64,000 bases of DNA. It comes from a virus. Each line of letters starts with the position of its first letter. The stretch's first letter is position 1. The notes below the pieces were generated by a model. It made no database searches and was not told where the DNA came from. It saw only the letters and a program-made list of their open reading frames with translations. This document shows positions 40,851-48,842 of this stretch, one piece after another. The stretch covers positions 56,298 through 120,297 of the IMG/VR virus record IMGVR_UViG_3300045988_170760. One strand, 5' to 3'. The position numbers and the translations under genes are program-made.

Positions 40851-41133
40851 TTTCTTTCATCTCCTTAGCAATTTTTGTTATTTTATTTTTTGTATGCTTA
40901 TCTAATAAGTTATTTTCTAAAAGAATTATATAAATTATAGATTGTAAAGTTTTACATTGAGTATATGGGTTTTTTATGTTATATTCTTTTAACAAATATT
41001 CTTGCAGATGTTCTTTTATTTTATTTTGCTTATTAGCAAGTTCATTTAAGCAACTAATACATACATATTTATTGTTGTTTATTTCATACAGATTTTTATT
41101 ACTTCCACATTGTAAACATTCTTTTTTATTCAT
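40825..41133 (-). CDS. Zinc-ribbon protein
   Basis: Start taken at MNKKECLQCGS... (RBS aagggg). CxxC...CxxC. Track start is 41199. Confidence 0.45.
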   Translation of the reverse strand: MNKKECLQCGSNKNLYEINNNKYVCISCLNELANKQNKIKEHLQEYLLKEYNIKNPYTQCKTLQSIIYIILLENNLLDKHTKNKITKIAKEMKEIEQNSNCI

Positions 41134-41193
41134 TTTTTTGCCCCTTACAATCAAATTTAAGGCATTTTTATTGCCTATATAAGATAAATATAT

Positions 41194-41232
41194 TAACAAA
41201 ATGACACCAATTTTTATCTTCTTGGTGTCATT
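41194..41232 (-). terminator. Probable terminator after RNA ligase gene
   Basis: 11-bp stem aatgacaccaa/ttggtgtcatt (41200-41210 / 41222-41232). tttgtt follows on the minus strand. Confidence 0.55.
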
Positions 41233-41236
41233 TATA

Positions 41237-42388
41237 TTATTCGTTATTTTTTAATAAAAATTTAGGATTGATAACTTTAAAAGAGATATCACCATTTGTA
41301 CTTCTCCAAACTTTTCCTTCTCTTTCAGATTTGTTATATAGTCTAGACTTTCCTTCAGCATCTTCTACCATTTCGTCAATTGTAGGATATAATAATACAT
41401 CAGTATCTAAAACTGGTACAGTATCAATTTTATAAGGTCTTAATATTTGTTGTGCTTCTATTGTTCTATATTTTATCCCGTCTATTATTAAGTTAAATAC
41501 AGCAAAATAATAACCATCTCCTGATATTTTATACTTATTACCTTGTATTCCATTACCACAAATTTCTCCTTGTAACACAACACTTTTTGCATTATATTTT
41601 TTTAGTATATCTTTAAGGACATTCTCTATATCATATTGATAAGCTACTATCCAATAAGAAGATTTATTTGGATTTTTTAATCTCAAATTTCTACTGCATA
41701 CCCCAAATTCATATTGTGGAATTATATTTAATATTTTATCTTTTTTAATAAAAAATGTAGCTGATTGACCGTCTAATTTTTCCGTACTATCAAAATAAAT
41801 AGGTTTATCAGTATTATTCTTTTCTATAATTTCATTGAATTTATCAACTAATACTTGAATTCTATCTTCATCTGTTTTTCTTATCCAAGAAGGAAATCCA
41901 CTCTTTTTAGGTTTTTGTATGTGTTTATAAAATTCTCTATATATTTTATATTTCATTAAAAATTTATGAAAAGCATTTTTATTACTGTTCATCTCTTGTT
42001 TGATTAATTTATTTTCTTTTTCTGCTTCAGGGTCATACTTAGTTGCACCAATTAAACTAGTAATATCATCTCCCTCTTTTAATTTTGAAATATCTATATT
42101 AAAATATTTTTCTAATTCTTTTAATGGTATTATTAGCCCTTGAGATACTTGTCCTCTTAATTTAATTGTTCTAACCCTATATTTTCTATCTTTTAAAAAT
42201 TCAAACATAGGAATTTCAGGCAACTGTGTGTCAATTTCGACATATGCTACTAAATCTCCTATTTTATGACCTTCTGATTTACTTGCAACAACATGCCATC
42301 CTAATATAGTTATTTTTTCAATTTTATCTGCGTTTTCTATTGGTTCTATATTTAATATCCTTTGTATTGAAATTAACTTTCTTGCCAT
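41237..42388 (-). CDS. RNA ligase, DRB0094 (Rnl5-like) family
   Basis: N-terminal OB-like module (ILNIEPIENADKIEKITILGWHVVASK..GDLVAYVEIDTQLP). Motif I is EKLDGQS. Also GEICGNGIQGNKY and EGKVWR. Confidence 0.7.
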   Translation of the reverse strand: MARKLISIQRILNIEPIENADKIEKITILGWHVVASKSEGHKIGDLVAYVEIDTQLPEIPMFEFLKDRKYRVRTIKLRGQVSQGLIIPLKELEKYFNIDISKLKEGDDITSLIGATKYDPEAEKENKLIKQEMNSNKNAFHKFLMKYKIYREFYKHIQKPKKSGFPSWIRKTDEDRIQVLVDKFNEIIEKNNTDKPIYFDSTEKLDGQSATFFIKKDKILNIIPQYEFGVCSRNLRLKNPNKSSYWIVAYQYDIENVLKDILKKYNAKSVVLQGEICGNGIQGNKYKISGDGYYFAVFNLIIDGIKYRTIEAQQILRPYKIDTVPVLDTDVLLYPTIDEMVEDAEGKSRLYNKSEREGKVWRSTNGDISFKVINPKFLLKNNE

Positions 42389-42408
42389 TTCTATAATTAC
42401 CTCCTTAT

Positions 42409-43014
42409 TTAATTAATTGAACTAACACTATTTAAAACCAGATTGTTATTAATTGAATTGTTAATTTGAGTTAGAAGTTCATTAATATTTATTTCTTCAG
42501 CTCTTTTGTTAGTTACTTGAGTATATGCCTGTGCTTCTTTAGGTGTGTCAGTACTTCCAAAGCCACCTATTCTTTCTCCTGTTGAATTGTCATTATCTGT
42601 AATTAGATATTTTTGGAATATTCCTTGACCTATTGCCTCACCTTTTTTAATTGTAATGTCTTCATCCCCTATATTATAGAATGCAAACATTATTTCTCCA
42701 TCATTATCTGGGTTACCATAATAATCTTTATCTATTACACCTACTCCATTAGCTAAAATTAAGTTTTTCTTTTTAGGATTTGAACTTCTATTATATAGCA
42801 ATAAAACTTCATCATCTTGCATTAAAGCTTTAACTCCTGTTTTTACTAATGTTGGTTTTATTCCTGATTTATATGCAGGTATGATGGTATCTTCTGCTGC
42901 TTCTATATCATATCCTGCCGAATATTTTGTTTTTCTAATTGGCAAATTAATACCTGGCTCTCTCATTTCATATCCTGTCGAAATCATTCGATTTACAAAT
43001 TCAAATTTTCTCAT
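42409..43014 (-). CDS. dut: dUTP pyrophosphatase
   Basis: Motifs SAGYDI, NGVGVIDKDYYG and RIGGFGSTD. Confidence 0.85.
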   Translation of the reverse strand: MRKFEFVNRMISTGYEMREPGINLPIRKTKYSAGYDIEAAEDTIIPAYKSGIKPTLVKTGVKALMQDDEVLLLYNRSSNPKKKNLILANGVGVIDKDYYGNPDNDGEIMFAFYNIGDEDITIKKGEAIGQGIFQKYLITDNDNSTGERIGGFGSTDTPKEAQAYTQVTNKRAEEININELLTQINNSINNNLVLNSVSSIN

Positions 43015-43036
43015 ATAATAATTTTCCTTTCTATAA

Positions 43037-43507
43037 TTATGCTGTTCTAGTCCACATATATACTGTTATATAAGGTGGTAAATTATTATGTGGCTGATTA
43101 CCACCTTCCCAGTCAGTACCAAACCTTCCTCCACTATCTAAGTTGGCACTAGCCTGTAACCATCCACTTCTTGTTCCCCATCCAGCATAATATCCGCTAT
43201 CATTATCTTGCATCTCGTGTTTATGGCTAGGCATTTCTTGTATTGTTAGTGTATGTGTTTTTTCTCCACCTGTTTTGTTGGAAGCATTAAAGTCTGTGTC
43301 TGATGAGCTTACACCTATCAATGTTCTTCCTTCTCCAAATGGCTCCCATGTTCCGCCTAAAAAATTAGCAGGAGAATTATTTTGTAAGGACATAAATATA
43401 GAACCTATTGGAAATATTTTCTCTAATAAAACCTGGTCGTCTGTACCGCCATTATCTACTTCTTTCCATTCTCCTGTTTGTGGGTCTTTATATTTTAATA
43501 CTGCCAT
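43037..43507 (-). CDS. Small collar-module protein (paralog of fibre C-termini) in the early arm
   Basis: GGEKTHTLTIQEMPSHKH ... HNNLPPYITVYMWTRTA. RBS ggagg. Confidence 0.7.
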   Translation of the reverse strand: MAVLKYKDPQTGEWKEVDNGGTDDQVLLEKIFPIGSIFMSLQNNSPANFLGGTWEPFGEGRTLIGVSSSDTDFNASNKTGGEKTHTLTIQEMPSHKHEMQDNDSGYYAGWGTRSGWLQASANLDSGGRFGTDWEGGNQPHNNLPPYITVYMWTRTA

Positions 43508-43842
43508 TTTATTCCTCCAATTTTATCAAAAACAAGGGGAAATACAATTTATTTCTATATAAATTATTAAATATCCTTAAAATACTGCTCATTATTTTTC
43601 TTTTAAATTTCTCAAAATAATATATTTGACTGTACTGTGTTTGACTTAATCAAACTATAAATTGTAATATATAAATCATTATGTGTAATTATTTTTTTTA
43701 TTTATAAATTGTAAATTGTTTTCCCACCTAATGTTTAGATTGTATTACTTACATTTTCATCTTTTTTTGATAGATAATCATTTAAATGATTTTAATTGGA
43801 TATTCTTTATATATAAATAACATCTATATTTCCCCTTGTTTT

Positions 43843-44346
43843 TTATATTTCAATTTCAAACATTTGTGAATTTAATTGACTAATTTCTAATTCAGTTCGT
43901 TGAATAATAGTTTTTAATTCTTGTTCTGTTTGTTCCATATATCTTTTATCATAAGCTAATTCTTTAGCTGTAAAATAAGAATTATTTGTTTCCGTTGTTC
44001 TGTATTTAACTGGATTTTTTTTAGCTAAAGTTTTAATTAATTCCAAATTATTTCTGTTATTTTGTATAAAAACTAAAGCTTGTTGTATTGTCATACCTGT
44101 GCTCAAAGTTAAAGAATTATTTTTTTCATATAATATTCCTTTTAGCTTTGAAATTGTGTCACTTAATTCCATATATTCTTTAAATTTTTCCATAAAATCA
44201 GGATATTCTTCTAAAACTTGTTCTGAGCCATTTAATTCAATTACTTTTATATTCATGCAATGGCTTCTAAGTTCTAATCCTAATTCACTATATTCTCTTT
44301 CTAATTGAGAAATTCTTGACATTAAATCAACTAAATTTGTTTTCAT
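43843..44346 (-). CDS. Hypothetical coiled-coil protein
   Basis: 167 aa. Weak resemblance to DIP1984/septicolysin-type proteins, from memory only. Confidence 0.45.
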   Translation of the reverse strand: MKTNLVDLMSRISQLEREYSELGLELRSHCMNIKVIELNGSEQVLEEYPDFMEKFKEYMELSDTISKLKGILYEKNNSLTLSTGMTIQQALVFIQNNRNNLELIKTLAKKNPVKYRTTETNNSYFTAKELAYDKRYMEQTEQELKTIIQRTELEISQLNSQMFEIEI

Positions 44347-44347
44347 A

Positions 44348-44569
44348 TTAATTTCCTCCTACAAAAATATATTTTTTAAATGAAACAGGTTCATCATATC
44401 TGTTAGTAGTATGAACCCATTCTTCATCAAATTTATAGCCTTTCTTTTTTAAATTGTATATTACTGCACTTAATCTTGTAGCTCCGAATTCTCTAATTGC
44501 TTCCCAACTAGTAATACTGCCATATTCTTTTAAATATTGTAATATTCTATCTTGATAAGTTAATTTCAT
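44348..44569 (-). CDS. Winged-helix DNA-binding protein
   Basis: Start at MKLTYQDRILQYLKEYGSITSWEAIREFG.TRLSAVIYNLKKKGY with RBS gggagg. The track extension to 44698 runs through tRNA-Gly. Confidence 0.55.
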   Translation of the reverse strand: MKLTYQDRILQYLKEYGSITSWEAIREFGATRLSAVIYNLKKKGYKFDEEWVHTTNRYDEPVSFKKYIFVGGN

Positions 44570-44592
44570 ACAATACCTCCCTTTTATTAATT

Positions 44593-44668
44593 TGGAGTGC
44601 CTAATGGGACTTGAACCCATCCCTTCAGTTTGGAAGACTGATATGCTAGCCACTAACACTACAGGCAC
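44593..44668 (-). tRNA. tRNA-Gly: tRNA-Gly(UCC)
   Basis: Cloverleaf parsed by eye. Anticodon loop CTTCCAA, T loop TTCAAGT, CCA encoded. Confidence 0.85.
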
Positions 44669-44679
44669 ATATCTTAATG

Positions 44680-45159
44680 TTAATCCCATAAATGCCAAAA
44701 ATATTTAGAAAATAATATAAATGCTTGTTGTTTTTTCTTGTCTCTATATAAAGCTAATTCTTTTTCTCTTTGTAAATACTTATGTCTTATATTGTTATAA
44801 CTTATTTTTTCTTCTTTAGTCATACTATCAGGGTCTATAAGATTACCATCACTCCATAGTATATTTCTAAATTCTTTCTCATACTTATTTTGTTTAGAAG
44901 AAGTTTCTTCATTTGCTTCAGTAAAATAAAATATCATTTTATTTAGTATTTTATGCCATTCTTCCATTGTTAAGTTTGCTGGATAGCTGATATTACTTTT
45001 TTCTAATTGTTTTAACATAGGAATAATTACTTTTAAAAACCAATAATCTAACTCATATACATCATTGTCTGAATAACCCCTAATTCCTCTTTGAAAAAAC
45101 CATTTTATTTTTTTAGGTAAATATTTAAAAAAATCTTTAATTCTATAAAACATCCACAT
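44680..45159 (-). CDS. Hypothetical protein
   Basis: 159-aa ORF. Confidence 0.5.
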   Translation of the reverse strand: MWMFYRIKDFFKYLPKKIKWFFQRGIRGYSDNDVYELDYWFLKVIIPMLKQLEKSNISYPANLTMEEWHKILNKMIFYFTEANEETSSKQNKYEKEFRNILWSDGNLIDPDSMTKEEKISYNNIRHKYLQREKELALYRDKKKQQAFILFSKYFWHLWD

Positions 45160-45162
45160 ATA

Positions 45163-45297
45163 TTACCATTCCCTTTCTCCACAAGTAATTCTAAAATTCA
45201 ATACTTGTGATTGTGTTAAAATAGTACAATATCCTTCTTTATTATATCCACATTTTGTGTTATTACATTTTAATTTATCCTTATTTTCTTCTTTCAT
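45163..45297 (-). CDS. Small 4-Cys protein, DUF1540-like
   Basis: RBS ggagg. 44 aa, MKEENKDKLKCNNTKCGYNKEGYCTILTQSQ.. Below the ORF track cutoff. Confidence 0.5.
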   Translation of the reverse strand: MKEENKDKLKCNNTKCGYNKEGYCTILTQSQVLNFRITCGEREW

Positions 45298-45400
45298 ATA
45301 TTTACCTCCAATTTATGTATACAAAGTACAATTATAATCTATTGAAAATAAAAGTACCTTGCTTATAAATAGGGCATTAGTAAAATAATTTTTAGCCCTT

Positions 45401-45475
45401 TGGTAGCGGTACAGGGAGTTGAACCCTGCTCTCCAGGATGAAAACCTGATGACGTAGCCGATTGTCCATACCGCC
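45401..45475 (-). tRNA. tRNA-Glu: tRNA-Glu(UUC)
   Basis: Anticodon loop TTTTCAT, T arm CAGGG-TTCAACT-CCCTG, CCA encoded. Confidence 0.8.
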
Positions 45476-45487
45476 ATAAATATAAAA

Positions 45488-45562
45488 TGGCGGGTTGCTA
45501 AGGATTTGAACCTTAATTGACAGTTTTGGAGACTGTAGTCCTACCAATTGAACGAACAACCC
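45488..45562 (-). tRNA. tRNA-Trp: tRNA-Trp(CCA)
   Basis: Anticodon loop CTCCAAA, AC stem ACAGT/ACTGT, CCA encoded. Confidence 0.85.
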
Positions 45563-45739
45563 ATAGGCGATTAGCGAGTAACCAACTCTTAAAGACACTA
45601 ACCATTGCCATCCTCAGTTTTTTTAAACTAATTAGTAAACACGCTGACCTTCATTGAGGCATTACGTTTATAGATAACAGCTTCTATAATAACGGACTTT
45701 ATTTTGGTTATTGGAAAAGTATAAATCAAGAAAACCAAT

Positions 45740-45815
45740 TGGCTCCTGGGGCAGGTCTCGAACCTGCGACTTCTTGGTTAACAGCCAAGCGTTCTACCAA
45801 CTGAACTACCCAGAA
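45740..45815 (-). tRNA. tRNA-Asn: tRNA-Asn(GUU)
   Basis: Anticodon loop CTGTTAA, D arm GTTC-AGTTGGTA-GAAC, CCA encoded. Confidence 0.85.
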
Positions 45816-45831
45816 ATATTTTATTAATTAT

Positions 45832-45860
45832 AGTATATCATATTTTACTATAGATGTCAA
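45832..45860 (-). promoter_or_regulatory. Conserved early promoter
   Basis: TTGACA-tctatagtaaaatatga-TATACT on the minus strand, 17 nt upstream of tRNA-Asn. Confidence 0.65.
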
Positions 45861-45873
45861 TAGTTTTAATAAA

Positions 45874-45952
45874 TATTTTAGGTAGGATTTGAACCTACAT
45901 GATAAATATCACTATTTATCTGATATGCGTCTTCCATTTCCGCCACTAAAAT
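45874..45952 (-). tRNA. Aberrant tRNA-like gene (9-nt anticodon loop or GNRA-capped helix, no CCA)
   Basis: Perfect acceptor ATTTTAG/CTAAAAT and T arm GTAGG-TTCAAAT-CCTAC. The anticodon arm folds either as ATATCA-GATAAATAG-TGATAT or as GATAAATA-GTGA-TATTTATC. Confidence 0.4.
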
Positions 45953-45959
45953 ATTTATT

Positions 45960-46048
45960 TGGTGCTCTAGGTGGGACTTGAACCCACACGCTATGTTTCA
46001 AGCAGAGGATTTTAAGTCCTCTATGTCTACCAGTTCCATCACCAGAGC
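45960..46048 (-). tRNA. tRNA-Leu: tRNA-Leu(UAA)
   Basis: Anticodon loop CTTAAAA, long variable arm, CCA encoded. Confidence 0.85.
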
Positions 46049-46110
46049 ATATTATAAGCAGTATAATTAACTATTATATAAGTTTATACTATTTCATAAA
46101 TATTCTAATA

Positions 46111-46186
46111 TGGTGCTCGGAAATGGACTTGAACCATTGACACCCAGAGCTTCAATCTGGTGCTCTACCAACTGAGCTATCCGAGC
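46111..46186 (-). tRNA. tRNA-Phe: tRNA-Phe(GAA)
   Basis: Anticodon loop TTGAAGC. All four stems are canonical. CCA encoded. Confidence 0.9.
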
Positions 46187-46304
46187 ATAAAGTTACCCCT
46201 GTTACTCATTTCAACGGACATCACCATGCATTGTGAGGAGTTCTAGTTTCATCTGTTTTTCATATATCCTAGAAATATATTACTTAACATATCCGTTCCA
46301 GGGC

Positions 46305-46394
46305 TGGCGACACAGGTAGGATTTGAACCTACGACACCTTTCGGTGTGCCAGTTTTCAAGACTGGTGCATTAAGCCAAACTCTGCCACTGTGTC
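46305..46394 (-). tRNA. tRNA-Ser: tRNA-Ser(UGA)
   Basis: Anticodon loop CTTGAAA, AC stem CCAGT/ACTGG, long variable arm, CCA encoded. Confidence 0.85.
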
Positions 46395-46408
46395 ATATAA
46401 AAGCAAGA

Positions 46409-46690
46409 TTAACTTGCCTTAGATAAATCTAGTTTTTGAAGAATTCCTAATTTAGATAATTCTTTTTTTGTTTCTTTCCAAGATTTTAAAGTTAATAAAT
46501 ATAAATTTTTGTCTACACCGATTAATCTTATAGTTTTATTTGTACTAAAAGCTGTAACATCAATAGGATTTATTTCTAATTCTTCTACATATCCATTCTC
46601 ATATTGTACTTTATATTTAAAATATTTTTTTGTATGTTCATCAAATGCAGTTTTAGTTTCTTCTATAACTTTTCTAACTTTTATTATCAT
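46409..46690 (-). CDS. Hypothetical protein
   Basis: 93 aa. RBS aaggagg. Confidence 0.5.
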   Translation of the reverse strand: MIIKVRKVIEETKTAFDEHTKKYFKYKVQYENGYVEELEINPIDVTAFSTNKTIRLIGVDKNLYLLTLKSWKETKKELSKLGILQKLDLSKAS

Positions 46691-46715
46691 AAAATTTCCT
46701 CCTTATTTAATATTA

Positions 46716-46790
46716 TGGGGTGCCTAGTTGGGATTGAACCAACACCTACAAAGTCACAGTATGGTATGCTACCATTACACCATAGACACC
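46716..46790 (-). tRNA. tRNA-His: tRNA-His(GUG), weak anticodon stem
   Basis: G-1 opposite C73. Anticodon loop CTGTGAC. Only 3 Watson-Crick pairs in the anticodon stem. CCA encoded. Confidence 0.65.
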
Positions 46791-46802
46791 ATATCAGAAG
46801 AA

Positions 46803-47165
46803 TTACTCTTCTGTGCTATCACATAATTCTTCTATCTTGTCTGTGGTTTTTTGAATTAAGTTAATATATTTTTGTTCATCTTTTTTAAGAGCTTTTAAAT
46901 ATTCCTCAGTATCTTTTATTTCCATACGAATACCTTTTAATATAGCATTATCATATTTAAGCCATGCTCTATTCTTTGATATTTTTTTACCTAATTCTAC
47001 ATCAAAATCGTCTTCTTGAGAACATTTTGCTTTTCCAACAAACTTAGCGAAGTTTGGGAATAGACCAAAATCATCTTCTATTGTTGCTTTAATAGTAGTT
47101 GTAACTACTTTCTTTTCTTCATTTACATAACTATTAATTTTCTTAGATAAACCATATTCTTTCAT
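46803..47165 (-). CDS. Hypothetical protein
   Basis: 120 aa. RBS aaaggaag. Confidence 0.5.
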   Translation of the reverse strand: MKEYGLSKKINSYVNEEKKVVTTTIKATIEDDFGLFPNFAKFVGKAKCSQEDDFDVELGKKISKNRAWLKYDNAILKGIRMEIKDTEEYLKALKKDEQKYINLIQKTTDKIEELCDSTEE

Positions 47166-47404
47166 TTTAATCTTCCTTTCTATAATTTAAAATAAGATTG
47201 GGGACTAGATGAATTGAACATCTATGATATATAATTATAATTTTCTACAAGTTTAGTTCTAATAAAGAACATATATTGGAAAGGAGGTAAATGCTATTCT
47301 TATTAAATTATTACGTATCATCTCGTCTTTTGTTTATTTTTTTAGTAGTTAAACTTCTACTACTTGCTTATTATAACTATATATCATTAAACCAATGTCC
47401 CCAT

Positions 47405-47444
47405 ATAAAAGGAAGAATAAGTTACAACCCTTATTGTTCCTTCC
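47405..47444 (-). terminator. Probable terminator closing the tRNA operon
   Basis: Minus-strand hairpin GGAAG(gaac)AATAAG-loop-CTTATTCTTCC, then TTTTAT. Confidence 0.45.
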
Positions 47445-47497
47445 AAGCCTTTTAGTTGTAATTAAGGCTTGTATTTAAAGTTTTCACCTTTAAATTT

Positions 47498-47589
47498 TGG
47501 CGACGTGAGTAGGATTTGAACCTACGGAACACTAAGTGTGTTCTCTTCCTTAGCAGGGAAGTGCTTTAAGCCAACTCAGCCATCACGTC
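47498..47589 (-). tRNA. tRNA-Ser: tRNA-Ser(GCU)
   Basis: Anticodon loop CTGCTAA, AC stem CTTCC/GGAAG, long variable arm, CCA encoded. Confidence 0.85.
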
Positions 47590-47683
47590 ACATTAAGCAG
47601 ATAAATCTGCTAGGTAAGGAGGTTAAAGCCTTTGTGCTTATTTTACGGATTACACCGCTTATAGGAGCATTTGCTTGACCCTA

Positions 47684-47758
47684 TGGTTCTCCTCACCTGT
47701 CTCGAACAAGTCCCTCAGAGTTCAAAGCCCTGTGCTCTACCAACTAAGCTAGAGGAGA
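47684..47758 (-). tRNA. tRNA-Gln: tRNA-Gln(UUG)
   Basis: Anticodon loop CTTTGAA, acceptor TCTCCTC/GAGGAGA, CCA encoded. Confidence 0.85.
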
Positions 47759-47901
47759 ATGTAAGTCCGCTTTCTTTTTTATTTTTGCAAGAGAAAGGAA
47801 CAAAGAACTTGTTAGTATAGTGTTGATTTTAGCACCCTTGCATTAAGAAATCAACTAACTTAATGGGAGTTCGCTAGAAGCTATACCTTCTAATTAGTGC
47901 G

Positions 47902-47978
47902 TGGTGCTCATTCTTGGATTTGAACCAAGGACTTCTCGCGTATCAGGCGAGTATCCTAACCAACTGAATTAAATGAAC
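47902..47978 (-). tRNA. tRNA-Ile: tRNA-Ile(GAU)
   Basis: Anticodon loop CTGATAC, AC stem CTCGC/GCGAG, CCA encoded. Confidence 0.85.
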
Positions 47979-48065
47979 ATATAAATCAGGTAGGACGGCG
48001 TACCCTACATCTCTTGTAAGACCATCTCTGGCGTGATAGCTGCCTCTTTCTATCCTCTGATTTTT

Positions 48066-48140
48066 TGGCGGCTCCAAGCAGAATTGAACTGCTGTCTCCT
48101 GGGCGACAACCAGGTGTCATAACCACTAAACTATGGAGCC
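48066..48140 (-). tRNA. tRNA-Asp: tRNA-Asp(GUC)
   Basis: Anticodon loop TTGTCGC, acceptor GGCTCCA/TGGAGCC, CCA encoded. Confidence 0.9.
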
Positions 48141-48150
48141 ATATAATTTA

Positions 48151-48345
48151 TTAATGTTCTAGTTTTATTCCAAATCTGTACAATTCATCTTCTGGAATAT
48201 AACTTTTAACATTGCATACTGGACATCTAACATATATTCCTAATAATCCTTTTTTTAAATCAAATGTATTTATAATTAAGTCTGACCCACATCTTTTACA
48301 AGTACATTCTACATCATATCCTGGGTTTTTATTGATAATTTTCAT
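48151..48345 (-). CDS. Zinc-ribbon protein
   Basis: 64 aa with CKRCGS....CPVCN. Embedded between tRNAs. Confidence 0.5.
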   Translation of the reverse strand: MKIINKNPGYDVECTCKRCGSDLIINTFDLKKGLLGIYVRCPVCNVKSYIPEDELYRFGIKLEH

Positions 48346-48364
48346 ATAACACCTTCCTTTTTAC

Positions 48365-48440
48365 TGGTGGAGCTGAGGGGATTTGAACCCCTATCCCCTA
48401 CGTGCAAGGCAGGTATGCTAGCCATTATCACCACAGCCCC
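48365..48440 (-). tRNA. tRNA-Ala: tRNA-Ala(UGC)
   Basis: Anticodon loop CTTGCAC. The G3-U70 identity pair is present. CCA encoded. Confidence 0.9.
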
Positions 48441-48615
48441 ATAAAGTGTAAAGGGAAACCGCCCAAACCTTTACTCATTACTCTCTATAACTGTATAGTG
48501 CCTTATCTACATCTATACTATAGATTTCACTTTTCTAGCTGCACATTTAGATAAGCTAGTGCTCTAACTACCTGACATTTAGGATACGTTTCAGGCGTTT
48601 ACGTTTTCGGTTTTA

Positions 48616-48692
48616 TGGTGGAAGATACAAGACTCGAACTTGTGACTTCAGACTTAGAAGGTCTGTGTTCTATCCATCTAAACTAATCTTCC
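48616..48692 (-). tRNA. tRNA-Arg: tRNA-Arg(UCU)
   Basis: Anticodon loop CTTCTAA, AC stem CAGAC/GTCTG, CCA encoded. Confidence 0.9.
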
Positions 48693-48696
48693 TTAT

Positions 48697-48772
48697 TGGT
48701 GTGCCAAAGAGGATTTGAACCTCCGACCCCCTGATTAAAAGTCAGGTGCTCTACCAGCTGAGCTATTGGCAC
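48697..48772 (-). tRNA. tRNA-Lys: tRNA-Lys(UUU)
   Basis: Anticodon loop CTTTTAA, D arm GCTC-AGCTGGTA-GAGC, CCA encoded. Confidence 0.9.
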
Positions 48773-48842
48773 ATATGTAGATAGAGGGGTACTAGAAAAA
48801 AGTCTATAAAGTACTCTCTATCTAAGAATTAACTTTAAATAT

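Noticed and set aside
45392-45598. Track ORFs lying over tRNA genes or collar-gene complements: 45392..45598, 46509..46727, 46604..46864, 43275..43562, 43408..43620, 51933..52340, 52196..52393.
   Set aside because: They overlap clean tRNA cloverleaves or the opposite strand of motif-bearing genes. Their translations look random or hydrophobic.
47199-47405. Possible split tRNA. A T arm AGATG-TTCAATT-CATCT plus AGTCCCC lies at 47199-47226. The complementary GGGGAC lies about 190 nt away, at about 47395-47403.
   Set aside because: No D arm or anticodon stem can be drawn. The intervening DNA is extremely AT-rich with no ribozyme-like core, and only 6 of 7 acceptor pairs form. It is probably a tRNA relic or coincidence.
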